The position numbers and the translations under genes were made by a program. The notes beneath the pieces are model-generated. The model ran no database searches. It saw only the letters and a program-made list of their open reading frames with translations, and had not been told where the DNA came from. Positions 7,945-16,523 of a DNA stretch of 20,013 bases are shown in pieces (the first letter of the stretch is position 1; each line of letters starts with the position of its first letter). Where the stretch lies: NCBI GenBank assembly GCA_046757025.1, contig JBHHXN010000093.1, positions 1 to 20,013 on the forward strand. The letters run 5' to 3'. The stretch comes from a bacterium (lineage in GTDB: Bacteria > Zhuqueibacterota > Zhuqueibacteria > Oceanimicrobiales > Oceanimicrobiaceae).

Positions 7945-9129
7945 GTGGCAGACCTATTTGATAAATGTTACAACTTCACCAAGGCGAAAGAACTGCAGGA
8001 ACAGGGCTGGTATCCGTATTTTAAGGCGATTCAGTCCGGGGCTGACACCGAAGTCACGATCGGCGGTAGGAAACTCATCATGATTGGATCAAACAACTAC
8101 CTCGGACTCACGCAGGATGCGCGCATTAAAGAAGCCGCCCGGAAAGCGGTGATTGATTTTGGTTCCGGGTGCACAGGATCAAGATTTTTAAACGGCACCT
8201 TGTCTCTCCATGTAGAATTGGAAGAAAAATTAGCGGAATTCATGCAAAAAGAAGCCGCTTTGGTGTTTTCCACCGGCTTTCAAACTAATTTAGGAACCAT
8301 CTCCACCATAGCCGGTAAGGATGACATCATCTACACTGACCGCAACAATCACGCCTGCATTTTGGACGGCTGCCGTCTTTCGTTCGGCCGAATCGTGAAA
8401 TACAAGCACGACAACATGCGCGACCTGGAGCGCCTGTTAGCCGCCAGCAACGCCGACAGCGGTAAACTCATCGTCACGGACGGCGTTTTCAGTATGGAAG
8501 GCAATTTGACCAACCTGCCGGAAATCGTCGGTTTAGCCCAAAAATACCAAGCGCGTGTGATGGTGGACGATGCGCATTCCATCGGCGTCTTTGGTAAAAA
8601 CGGCCGCGGCACCGCCGAGCACTTCGGATTGGAAGACGAAGTCGATATCATCATGGGCACCTTCAGCAAATCGTTTGCTTCGTTGGGAGGATTTATCGCT
8701 GCGAATGCCCGCGTTATCGACTACATCAAGCACCACTCCCGTGCGCTGATCTTTTCTGCCAGCATGCCGCCGGCTGCGGTGGCGTCGGTAATCGCCGCTC
8801 TGGACATCATCAAAAAAGAACCCGAACGCAGAGAACGGTTGTGGCAGATCGTACGCAAAATGAAATCCGCTTTCGATGAGCTGGGATTTGACACTTGCAA
8901 AAGCGACAGCCCCGTGGTGCCCATCGTCATCGGCGAAATGATGGACACGTTTGTGTTCTGGAAACAGCTTTTTGAGAACGGCGTATTTGCCAATCCGGCG
9001 GTTCCCCCCGCGGTGCCGCCCGGAAAATCCTTGATCAGAACCAGCTACATGGCAACCCACACCGACGACGAATTGGACAAAGTCATCGAAATATTTGCAA
9101 ATTTAGGCAAAAAATTCGGGCTAATTTAA
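7945..9129 (+). CDS. spt: Serine palmitoyltransferase (PLP-dependent alpha-oxoamine synthase)
   Basis: GSNNYLGL; GSGCTGSRFLNGT, the Spt-type signature (unlike BioF GASRL or Kbl SVRFICGT); DGVFSMEG; DDAH; GTFSKS with the PLP lysine; FSAS. Next to a bCerS homolog. Confidence 0.88.
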   Translation: MADLFDKCYNFTKAKELQEQGWYPYFKAIQSGADTEVTIGGRKLIMIGSNNYLGLTQDARIKEAARKAVIDFGSGCTGSRFLNGTLSLHVELEEKLAEFMQKEAALVFSTGFQTNLGTISTIAGKDDIIYTDRNNHACILDGCRLSFGRIVKYKHDNMRDLERLLAASNADSGKLIVTDGVFSMEGNLTNLPEIVGLAQKYQARVMVDDAHSIGVFGKNGRGTAEHFGLEDEVDIIMGTFSKSFASLGGFIAANARVIDYIKHHSRALIFSASMPPAAVASVIAALDIIKKEPERRERLWQIVRKMKSAFDELGFDTCKSDSPVVPIVIGEMMDTFVFWKQLFENGVFANPAVPPAVPPGKSLIRTSYMATHTDDELDKVIEIFANLGKKFGLI

Positions 9130-9154
9130 AAGAGTGGTTCCAACGAATTATGTC

Positions 9155-9188
9155 AAAGGTCGTAGTCATTTTTCTGCGGCCTTTTTTT
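9155..9188 (+). terminator. Intrinsic terminator-like hairpin between spt and bcerS
   Basis: AAAGGTCGTAG / CTGCGGCCTTT stem with two G-U pairs, running into a T7 tract (9182-9188). Confidence 0.55.
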
Positions 9189-9214
9189 GTTTAACCTGAG
9201 AGAAGGCAAGTCAC

Positions 9215-10333
9215 ATGAATGTTGAAATCAAATCGGTTACCTCCAAACGAGAGCTGAAACAATTCATCAAACTGCCATGGCAGATCTACCACGACGACCC
9301 GCACTGGGTTCCGCCGCTGATTTTGGATATGAAAAATATCTTGAACCAGAACAAAAATCCTTTTTTTCAACACTCGGAAGCCGAATATTTTTTAGCCACC
9401 CGAAATGGCGAAGTGGTGGGGAGAATTGCCGCGATTTTAAACAACCGCCACAATCAAATTCACCAGGAAAACATCGGGTTCTTCGGATTCTTCGAATGCG
9501 TGAACGACGCAGCGGTAGCGGAGACCTTGATCGGGGTGGCGTCAGAATGGGCCCAAAGCCGGGGGTTGACTCACCTGCGTGGTCCCATGAATTTTTCCAC
9601 CAACGACACTTGCGGCTTTCTTTCGGAAGGATTCGACTCCAGCCCAGTGATTCTCATGACCTACAATCCCGAATATTATCTTGACTTGATGGAAAAAAAC
9701 GGCATGCAGAAAATTAAAGAATTGTACGCTTACTACTTCCATCGAGACATGCCCATTCCGGAACGGTTTGAAGTTATGAGCAAAAAAATGCTGCAGGACG
9801 AAAGCGTACAAATTCGCACTATTAACATGAAAGAATTCAAAAAAGAAGTCAAAGTTGTGCAAACCATTTACAACGAAGCCTGGCAGGCTAACTGGGGTTT
9901 TGTGCCCATGACCGACGCTGAATTCCAGCACATGGCCAAAGACCTGAAGCCGGCGGTGGATCCGGACATCGTTTTCATCGCGGAAGTCAACGGCGAAATC
10001 GCGGGTTTTTCTCTGGCCCTTCCGGACTTCAATCAGATTTTCAAAAAAATAAACGGCCGCTTGTTGCCTTTCGGCATTTTCAAACTGCTTTTGAATAAAA
10101 ATAAAATCAAGAATGTTCGGGTGGTGACATTGGGTGTGCGATCGAAGTTTCAAAGAAAACGTGCACTGGCGCCAACTTTTTATTATGAAACTTACACCAG
10201 AGGCAAAAACAAAGGCTACAACTGGGCGGAATTTTCGTGGATTTTGGAAGACAACACGCTTATGAATCGCGCGTTAGTGGCTCTCGGTGCCAAGCTGTAT
10301 AAAAAATATGCAATTTATGAAAAAAAATTGTGA
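9215..10333 (+). CDS. bcerS: GNAT-fold N-acyltransferase, bacterial ceramide synthase (bCerS/YghO-like)
   Basis: FIxLPWxIYxxDPxWVPPL, NPFF, VGRIAA, GFFGFFE, RGPMNFSTN, YNPEYY, AWxxNWGFVP, LPDFN, GRLLPFG and SWILEDN motifs, as recalled for this family. Directly downstream of spt. Confidence 0.85.
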   Translation: MNVEIKSVTSKRELKQFIKLPWQIYHDDPHWVPPLILDMKNILNQNKNPFFQHSEAEYFLATRNGEVVGRIAAILNNRHNQIHQENIGFFGFFECVNDAAVAETLIGVASEWAQSRGLTHLRGPMNFSTNDTCGFLSEGFDSSPVILMTYNPEYYLDLMEKNGMQKIKELYAYYFHRDMPIPERFEVMSKKMLQDESVQIRTINMKEFKKEVKVVQTIYNEAWQANWGFVPMTDAEFQHMAKDLKPAVDPDIVFIAEVNGEIAGFSLALPDFNQIFKKINGRLLPFGIFKLLLNKNKIKNVRVVTLGVRSKFQRKRALAPTFYYETYTRGKNKGYNWAEFSWILEDNTLMNRALVALGAKLYKKYAIYEKKL

Positions 10334-10669
10334 TCAATCGTACCAGTACAAAACCCGGCCGCAACCTTCGCACAAAATCACTTCCTGGTCGCTGCGCCCG
10401 CGGGTGAAAAGCGAGGTGGGTATGCGCATGAAACAGCCTAAACAGACGTCGTCTTTCACCGGTACGATGGAACGTTTGTATCGGGTTTTCAGCTTCTCAT
10501 AATTCGAAAGCAGAGGCTTGCTGATTTTTTTTACGATTTCATCTCTGGCTTCCTGAAGCTTTTCTCTGCCTGCCACTTCAAAACCCAAAGATTTGACGTC
10601 ATCGATATCTTTGATCATGATATCGAGATCTTGTAAAGCCACCAACAATTCGAGCTGTTTATTTAACAA
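10334..10669 (-). CDS. Short C4-type zinc-ribbon protein (DUF164/CT398 C-terminal-like)
   Basis: CLGC...CEGCGRVLY motif and LxxLQxLD N-terminus. TTG start abuts the PTS IIA stop, with a GAAGGAG RBS. Confidence 0.85.
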   Translation of the reverse strand: MLNKQLELLVALQDLDIMIKDIDDVKSLGFEVAGREKLQEARDEIVKKISKPLLSNYEKLKTRYKRSIVPVKDDVCLGCFMRIPTSLFTRGRSDQEVILCEGCGRVLYWYD

Positions 10670-11134
10670 TTAGTTTGCTCCTTCAAATACGTGAATGAAT
10701 TCTTCGAAATTTTCTGCCTGCAATAATTTTTTACGATTGGCGCTTTCGCTGACCACTTCCACCAATTTACCCAATGCTGGCAAATAACGGTTGTTTTCGT
10801 CCTGCGGCGGTGCCAGCATCACAAACACCAGGTGCACATCTTTTTTATCGATGGCGTCAAATGCAATGCCCGCTTCCGATCTGCCAAACGCAATTTTGAC
10901 TTCCAATGCCGCAGTGGTTCGACCGTGTGGAATGGCCACCCCCTTCCCGATGCCGGTGCTGCCGAGCATTTCGCGCTTTTTCAGCATCTCAACTACAATA
11001 CTCTTCTTACGCACCAATTTAGATTTTACAAACAATTCGGCCAATTCGGTAAAAACTTCATCTTTCGTTCGGGCTTTTAGAGACGAAACAAACAAATCCT
11101 TACTAAAAAATCCAATCAACTCTTTAGGCTGCAT
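10670..11134 (-). CDS. PTS EIIA domain protein (fructose/mannitol/PtsN-like), 154 aa
   Basis: REMLGSTGIGKGVAIPHGR with the phosphorylatable His; GIAFDAID. Start reassigned to ATG 11134 (MQPKEL) behind GAAGGAG. Confidence 0.9.
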   Translation of the reverse strand: MQPKELIGFFSKDLFVSSLKARTKDEVFTELAELFVKSKLVRKKSIVVEMLKKREMLGSTGIGKGVAIPHGRTTAALEVKIAFGRSEAGIAFDAIDKKDVHLVFVMLAPPQDENNRYLPALGKLVEVVSESANRKKLLQAENFEEFIHVFEGAN

Positions 11135-11171
11135 CTTCTCTCCTTCATTGCGTTTTTGGGAAGAATTCTTT

Positions 11172-11432
11172 TTATTCCATACTACTCGCATTTTCTATGA
11201 CCTCTCTTAAAGCCGGAACGATGTACAGATCATTGACATCCAATTTTTGTTTGAGTTCTTTTGCCAGAACGTTGATTTTCTGTTTGATGTTTAAACTTTT
11301 ATTGATAACAAATTGCTCTTTCTCGTTGTACCGATAAAAACCGCCTACAAAATCTCCCTTCTCGTAACGAAGGTCCACCGAGAGCTGCGCGATCAATTCC
11401 TCAAGACTGGCTAAAATCTGTTCTTCATTCAT
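11172..11432 (-). CDS. Hypothetical protein (86 aa)
   Basis: Tightly packed in the operon between manC and PTS IIA. RYEKGDFVGG and YIVPALRE look conserved. The LAKEL segment resembles a degenerate HExxH helix. Confidence 0.75.
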   Translation of the reverse strand: MNEEQILASLEELIAQLSVDLRYEKGDFVGGFYRYNEKEQFVINKSLNIKQKINVLAKELKQKLDVNDLYIVPALREVIENASSME

Positions 11433-11445
11433 GGTGGGATTTCAT

Positions 11446-12516
11446 CTACAATAATTTGTGCATTTTTTTTCTTTTGATCAAATCTACCAGGTCCTTCACA
11501 TCCTGAGCCCGGTTGCGCGGACAAATCAAAATGGCGTCATCGGTGTCCACGACGATCAACTCGTCCAGTCCAAGAACCGCCACGCTCCTTTTCGGGGCGT
11601 CGATATAACAACCTTTACCGTCCAAAATGACGTGTTCGCCGAGCAGAATATTGTCTTCCCCGTTCTGGCTTAAAATGGTGTACACTTCGTCCCAGCTTCC
11701 TAAATCGTTCCAGTCAAATTTGCCTTGCAGCACCACCACGTCTTTTGCCTGTTCCATCACCCCGTAATCGATGGAATTGCTTTTGATTTGACAGTAAACC
11801 CGGTGAATGGTTTCATCCTGTTTATCGGTACCCAGCACTTTTCTGATTTCGAGCAAACCATCGTAAAGGTGGGGTAAATACTCCTCCAGCTCTTGTAAGA
11901 TAGTTTTTATTTTCCAGATAAAGATACCGCTATTCCATAAAAAATCACCGCTTTCCATAAATCTCTGAGCGGTGGCTAAATTGGGTTTCTCCGCAAACGT
12001 TTTGACTTTGAGCAGCGTCACTCCATTAATGGTATCAATTTGTTCATGGTATTGAATGTACCCGTAGCCGGTGGCCGGATAAGTCGGTTCAATTCCGATG
12101 GTGATCAGATTGTCTTTTTCCCGTGCAATTTTATCGCCCACCTTTAAGGTTTTGATAAATTGCTCATCGCCGCTGATCAAGTGATCAGCCGGCATCACCA
12201 CCATCACTTCATCGGGGTCAATTCGTTCGAGGAATAACGCTCCCAATCCGATACAGGGCGCGGTGTTTTTGCCTTTGGGCTCAATGATAAAATTTTCTGC
12301 TGGTAAATGGGGCAATTGTGCGATGATTTCTTCGCGCTGTTTTTCTGTGGTCACCACAAAAATCTTATCAAGTGGAATCAGAGGCAGCAACCTCTTCACG
12401 GTACACTGAATCATGGTATTTTCGCCTAAAATTTTCAAAAGCTGTTTCGGATGCTTTTCGCGACTTTTAGGCCAGAATCTCGTGCCCACTCCACCCGCCA
12501 TGATCAAGGCTATCAT
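11446..12516 (-). CDS. manC: Mannose-1-phosphate guanylyltransferase (monofunctional, no cupin PMI domain)
   Basis: MAGGVGTRFWPKSR, PKQ, EPxGKNTAP, PADH, TGYGYI, FAEKP, WNSGIF, SIDYGVME and WNDLGSW motifs. Confidence 0.93.
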   Translation of the reverse strand: MIALIMAGGVGTRFWPKSREKHPKQLLKILGENTMIQCTVKRLLPLIPLDKIFVVTTEKQREEIIAQLPHLPAENFIIEPKGKNTAPCIGLGALFLERIDPDEVMVVMPADHLISGDEQFIKTLKVGDKIAREKDNLITIGIEPTYPATGYGYIQYHEQIDTINGVTLLKVKTFAEKPNLATAQRFMESGDFLWNSGIFIWKIKTILQELEEYLPHLYDGLLEIRKVLGTDKQDETIHRVYCQIKSNSIDYGVMEQAKDVVVLQGKFDWNDLGSWDEVYTILSQNGEDNILLGEHVILDGKGCYIDAPKRSVAVLGLDELIVVDTDDAILICPRNRAQDVKDLVDLIKRKKMHKLL

Positions 12517-12717
12517 GTATGAATTCTCCTGGAAACTAACAATATGAGTGAATTAAGAAATGGGTAACAACCATTGTTGACAGCATATTTTCTATACATC
12601 AGCAAGCAATGGATATATAAATAGTGGAATACAAGAGGTAAGACTTCAATTTTCGAATTGGGCTGTTTAGTCATCGTTAGCATGCATGTTGAAAGTTATT
12701 AATTCATACAATTAAAA

Positions 12718-13929
12718 TCAAGCATTTTTCAATATCGAGCTGATTGTGTTCAGAATTTTCAGTGTAATCAAAGCCGGGCTGGCTTTCATTACAGCGAAAA
12801 GATTTTGACGTGTGAAGGCGCCTTTTAAAATGGGGGGGATTAAATCTGCGGGGACTTTTGCCAGCGCCCTGATTTTTTCATCCCAATCATGGTCTGAATA
12901 CTGCGCGATGCGATCGTGAATGGTAGCAGCCAGAAAGAACGAGCGCCGATATTTTTTTTGCCAGCGGCGTTCATATTTTATGAGAAAACGGGAATCGATT
13001 CTTTCCGCCCGAATGGCCTCAGCGGCGGTCTCACCAGCCATGCGCCCGATATCTATGGCAAAACGTATGCCCTCTCCCAGAAGAATCGAGATCAAGCCGC
13101 CAGCATCGCCTGCCACCAGCAGTCCGTCGGCGACGGTTTTTTGCAAAGGGCGTTGGCCGGGAATGCGACCGACATGATATTCTAAACAACTGACGTTGGT
13201 AAATTCACCATTAAAAAGTTCTTTGTTGTTCAAAATTTGGTCCAGGTAATTTTTGGGATCGCCGGTGGAATCGGGGTAGATCAAACCCACACCCAAACGC
13301 ACGCGCTGGTTTTTGTGGGGAAAAATCCAGGCGTAGCCAGAAGGAACAAATTTTTTACCCAATAAAAAAACGGCCCGGCCACAGGGCCAATGCGGCGCAA
13401 ACAAATCGTATTCCGCGCCAACGCCGTACCGTTTAAAACCGCTGAACAGTCCCGTTTTGCGGCCGATGATGGCTGAGATACCGCTGGCGTCGATGGTCAC
13501 GCCGGCTGAAATTTCGACCAGTTTCCCGTGCCGACGCGCCTTCACCCCGCGTAATTTCCCATCCTTTTTCAAAGGCTCTAAAACGGTGGTGTTGACAAAA
13601 ATTTCAGCGCCTTCAGCCGCAGCGAGCTCTGCCAGGTACTGATAAAGCCCGCGAACATCCAGCACACAGCTCGGCGGCGAGGTATATGTAAACTCGGCTC
13701 GTTCTTTTGCAGAATAAAAAAAACCCTCATAGATGGGGTTCATAAATTTCTCAGGAATGTCTAACTGTTTTAATTCTTCGATCCAGCTACCGCCGCTGGT
13801 ATGAATGGGATAACCGATTTCTTTGCTTTTTTCTAATACGGCAACTCGAATGCCTGCTTTAGCCGCCGAGTAGGCCGCAGATAAACCCGCCGGTCCCCCG
13901 CCGACGACCACCACGTCGTATTTCATCAA
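12718..13929 (-). CDS. Geranylgeranyl-reductase-family FAD-dependent oxidoreductase
   Basis: GGGPAG FAD motif, DASG, PSGYAWIFP (PxxYxWxFP), GDAGG...GEGI. Confidence 0.82.
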   Translation of the reverse strand: MMKYDVVVVGGGPAGLSAAYSAAKAGIRVAVLEKSKEIGYPIHTSGGSWIEELKQLDIPEKFMNPIYEGFFYSAKERAEFTYTSPPSCVLDVRGLYQYLAELAAAEGAEIFVNTTVLEPLKKDGKLRGVKARRHGKLVEISAGVTIDASGISAIIGRKTGLFSGFKRYGVGAEYDLFAPHWPCGRAVFLLGKKFVPSGYAWIFPHKNQRVRLGVGLIYPDSTGDPKNYLDQILNNKELFNGEFTNVSCLEYHVGRIPGQRPLQKTVADGLLVAGDAGGLISILLGEGIRFAIDIGRMAGETAAEAIRAERIDSRFLIKYERRWQKKYRRSFFLAATIHDRIAQYSDHDWDEKIRALAKVPADLIPPILKGAFTRQNLFAVMKASPALITLKILNTISSILKNA

Positions 13930-13943
13930 TCAGGAATGCCCTC

Positions 13944-13977
13944 AAAAAAACAGGCACTTGCTCTCATCAAGTGCTTG
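13944..13977 (-). terminator. Intrinsic terminator after trxA
   Basis: Minus strand CAAGCACTTG-ATGAGAG-CAAGTGCCTG (one mismatch) followed by T7, 20 bp after the trxA stop. Confidence 0.65.
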
Positions 13978-13997
13978 GTCAGTAATCGGTTCGTATT

Positions 13998-14321
13998 TTA
14001 TAAAGAAGCTTCCAGTTTGGATTTGATTTGATTTTTGGGAACGGCGCCAATAATCTGGTCAACGACTTCGCCATTTTTAAAAATCAATAGCGAAGGGATA
14101 CTCCGGATACCGTATTTCGCAGCCACTTCCTGATGGTTGTCCACATCCAATTTGCCAATTTTGGCTTTCCCTTCAAATTCTGCGGCCAATTCCTCCACAT
14201 GCGGTGCGATCATTTTGCACGGCCCGCACCAGGCTGCCCAGAAGTCCACCAAAACAGGCTGGTCGGAAGAAAGCACTTCAGATTCAAAATTCTCAACTGT
14301 CAATTCGATAGGTTTGGACAT
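13998..14321 (-). CDS. trxA: Thioredoxin
   Basis: VDFWAAWCGPCK active site, 107 aa, IRSIP cis-Pro loop, AAGGAG RBS. Confidence 0.97.
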   Translation of the reverse strand: MSKPIELTVENFESEVLSSDQPVLVDFWAAWCGPCKMIAPHVEELAAEFEGKAKIGKLDVDNHQEVAAKYGIRSIPSLLIFKNGEVVDQIIGAVPKNQIKSKLEASL

Positions 14322-14464
14322 TGTAAAACTCCTTCTACTTACTGATATGTTGTCTGCTCAAGCTTGTCAATCATAAGCAACAGGCCTTTTCTAACGGGCA
14401 CTCCTGAATGATTAATTTTATGAATGCCAATCTTGAAATGTTTTCCTTTTAACTCTGGTGCCGT

Positions 14465-14493
14465 AAAATAAAAAGCTCGCAGTAAAATTGCAA
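14465..14493 (-). promoter_or_regulatory. Possible sigma70 promoter for trxA
   Basis: TTGCAA, 17 bp spacer, TATTTT on the minus strand. AT-rich context weakens the call. Confidence 0.35.
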
Positions 14494-14559
14494 GGGATTT
14501 GAAATTAAAATTCAGCAATGTTTTGTTACATTGAATTAACATGCACCTGCCATTCTCGT

Positions 14560-16086
14560 TTATAAAATCCATTTCGTCAGCAGTGATAACCGCTGCTGAA
14601 AAAATATTTTAAATTGCTTCAGGTGCAGATTGAACCTTTTTGATTGTAAAAAAGACATCAGCCCGATATAGATAAAGCCAAATTGAAACAACAAAAAGAA
14701 AGGAATGGAAATAAACAATCCCTTGTTCAATAAACTCAAGAGCGAAATGGTAAAGTAGCTTCCCATCAAAAGCTCCAGTACGGGCTGATAGTCAAAATCC
14801 GAACGATAGGTTTTATTCTTCCAGTTATCCCTGGTGTTTTCAATGCTATATTTAGGCGTGCGTTTAAATTCTGTAGCGTAGTTGAACAGCGCCTCTAACA
14901 CGGCTTTCGTGTTGTTGATGGACAGACCGATTCCCAGCGACATGAGAATGGGTAAGTACGGAATTTGCTTCTGCCAGTCCGCTTGACTTTCTTTTTGCGA
15001 AATCAAATAGTAAAAAATAACCGAAAGGGTCGCGGTAAAAAATACGAAAAAGTACACGTACACCATCCAGTCCCAGTCGCGCCTCAATTGCAGATGCAGA
15101 ATGATGGGCATGAAAAGCGACGGGATGGTCATGAACAAATACGTTAAATTGCTGACCAGATGCACGCCGGCTTCTAATTTCACAAAGAACGGTAATTTGC
15201 TTTTGAAAATAAAAGGCAGCAGTTTTTTAGCGGTTTGCACCGACCCCTTTGCCCAGCGGTGCTGCTGGGATTTGTAGGCGTTGATTTCCACGGGCAACTC
15301 CGCCGGCGCCACCACATCGGGTAAATAAACAAATTTCCAGCCGGCTAATTGCGCCCGATAGCTCAAGTCCAGATCTTCGGTTAACGTGTCGTGCTGCCAA
15401 CCGCCGGCGTCGAATATGGCTTCTTTGCGCCAGATACCCGCGGTACCGTTGAAATTGAAAAATCGACCAGAGCGATTTCTCGCGGTGTGCTCGATGATAA
15501 AATGCCCATCCAAAAACATGGACTGAATGCGGGTCAACAAAGAATAGTTGCGGTTCAAATGGCCCCAGCGCGCTTGCACCAATCCCACTTTCTGATTGGT
15601 AAAATACGGTAAAGTTTGTTTTAAAAAATCCGGTTTAGGAACAAAATCGGCATCGAAAACAGCCACAAACTCGCCCTTTGCCTGCTGGAGTCCCACGTCT
15701 AAAGCTCCGGCCTTGAATCCTGTGCGATTTTCTCGATGAATGTGGCGAACGTCAATTCCCTGCGCCTGATACATTCTCACCAAATCACGCGCGACAATTT
15801 TGGTTTCATCGATGGAATCATCCAAAATTTGAATTTCCAGTCGATCTTTTGGATAATCCAAATTGCACACGGACTCGAGCAATCTTTCGATGACATACTT
15901 TTCGTTGAACAAGGGGAGCTGTACGGTAACCACCGGCAGTTTACACAATTTACCTTTTTTATATATCGGTTTGTTTTTATGCTTGAGATAAAGATAAAGC
16001 AGAAAATATTTGTGGACCCCAAACATCACTAACATCAACAATATCAAACCATAAAAAATAAAAAAACAAACTTCTAAAATAGTCAT
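14560..16086 (-). CDS. Membrane GT2 glycosyltransferase, cellulose-synthase-like (CslA-like)
   Basis: QLPLFNE, LDDS, RxGFKAGAL, FDADF, VQARWGH, FNGTAGIWR, TLTEDLDLS and QQHRWAKG (D,D,D,QxxRW), F.RTPK. N- and C-terminal TM helices. Confidence 0.9.
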   Translation of the reverse strand: MTILEVCFFIFYGLILLMLVMFGVHKYFLLYLYLKHKNKPIYKKGKLCKLPVVTVQLPLFNEKYVIERLLESVCNLDYPKDRLEIQILDDSIDETKIVARDLVRMYQAQGIDVRHIHRENRTGFKAGALDVGLQQAKGEFVAVFDADFVPKPDFLKQTLPYFTNQKVGLVQARWGHLNRNYSLLTRIQSMFLDGHFIIEHTARNRSGRFFNFNGTAGIWRKEAIFDAGGWQHDTLTEDLDLSYRAQLAGWKFVYLPDVVAPAELPVEINAYKSQQHRWAKGSVQTAKKLLPFIFKSKLPFFVKLEAGVHLVSNLTYLFMTIPSLFMPIILHLQLRRDWDWMVYVYFFVFFTATLSVIFYYLISQKESQADWQKQIPYLPILMSLGIGLSINNTKAVLEALFNYATEFKRTPKYSIENTRDNWKNKTYRSDFDYQPVLELLMGSYFTISLLSLLNKGLFISIPFFLLFQFGFIYIGLMSFLQSKRFNLHLKQFKIFFQQRLSLLTKWIL

Positions 16087-16404
16087 TTGTTTAATGTTTC
16101 CTCATCGAATTTTGATTTTATTCGTTTGCAATAGATTATCACTTCTTTTCTAAACCGCCCTAAACTGCTTCGCCGGAGCGATAAACGCTGGCCGTAATTT
16201 ATATCACCAAAATAAGGTAATCGTTTGTTCTTTCTCTCGTGCTCAAACATGCCCAAGTCAACCGAATCAATACCCGATTCATCTGGCAATTTAAGGTGAA
16301 TAAACAAAATACCTATTTAGGTTATTCCATAACTTAAATATCTTCCCATCAAAGATGAAAAGAAATTCCATGGTGATCGACCGTGAGTTCAAACAAAACA
16401 GCTA

Positions 16405-16433
16405 AATATAGAACTTTTGTAACTTGAAGTCAA
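16405..16433 (-). promoter_or_regulatory. Putative sigma70 promoter upstream of GT2
   Basis: TTGACT (16433-16428), 17 bp spacer, TATATT (16410-16405). Same -10 hexamer as the spt promoter. Confidence 0.6.
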
Positions 16434-16523
16434 GAATTTTAAAATTTCTTTTGAGGAGGGGAATTTACAAAAAAGAAGACGTTATGACTTTAAAAAACAA
16501 TAATTAAATTCAAACCACAACTT

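Noticed and set aside
7945..9129. Annotation as BioF or Kbl
   Set aside because: The GCTGSRFLNGT signature and adjacent bCerS favour Spt; no bio or tdh genes are nearby.
14339..14572. 77-aa ORF between GT2 and trxA
   Set aside because: No motif; it spans the probable trxA promoter region.
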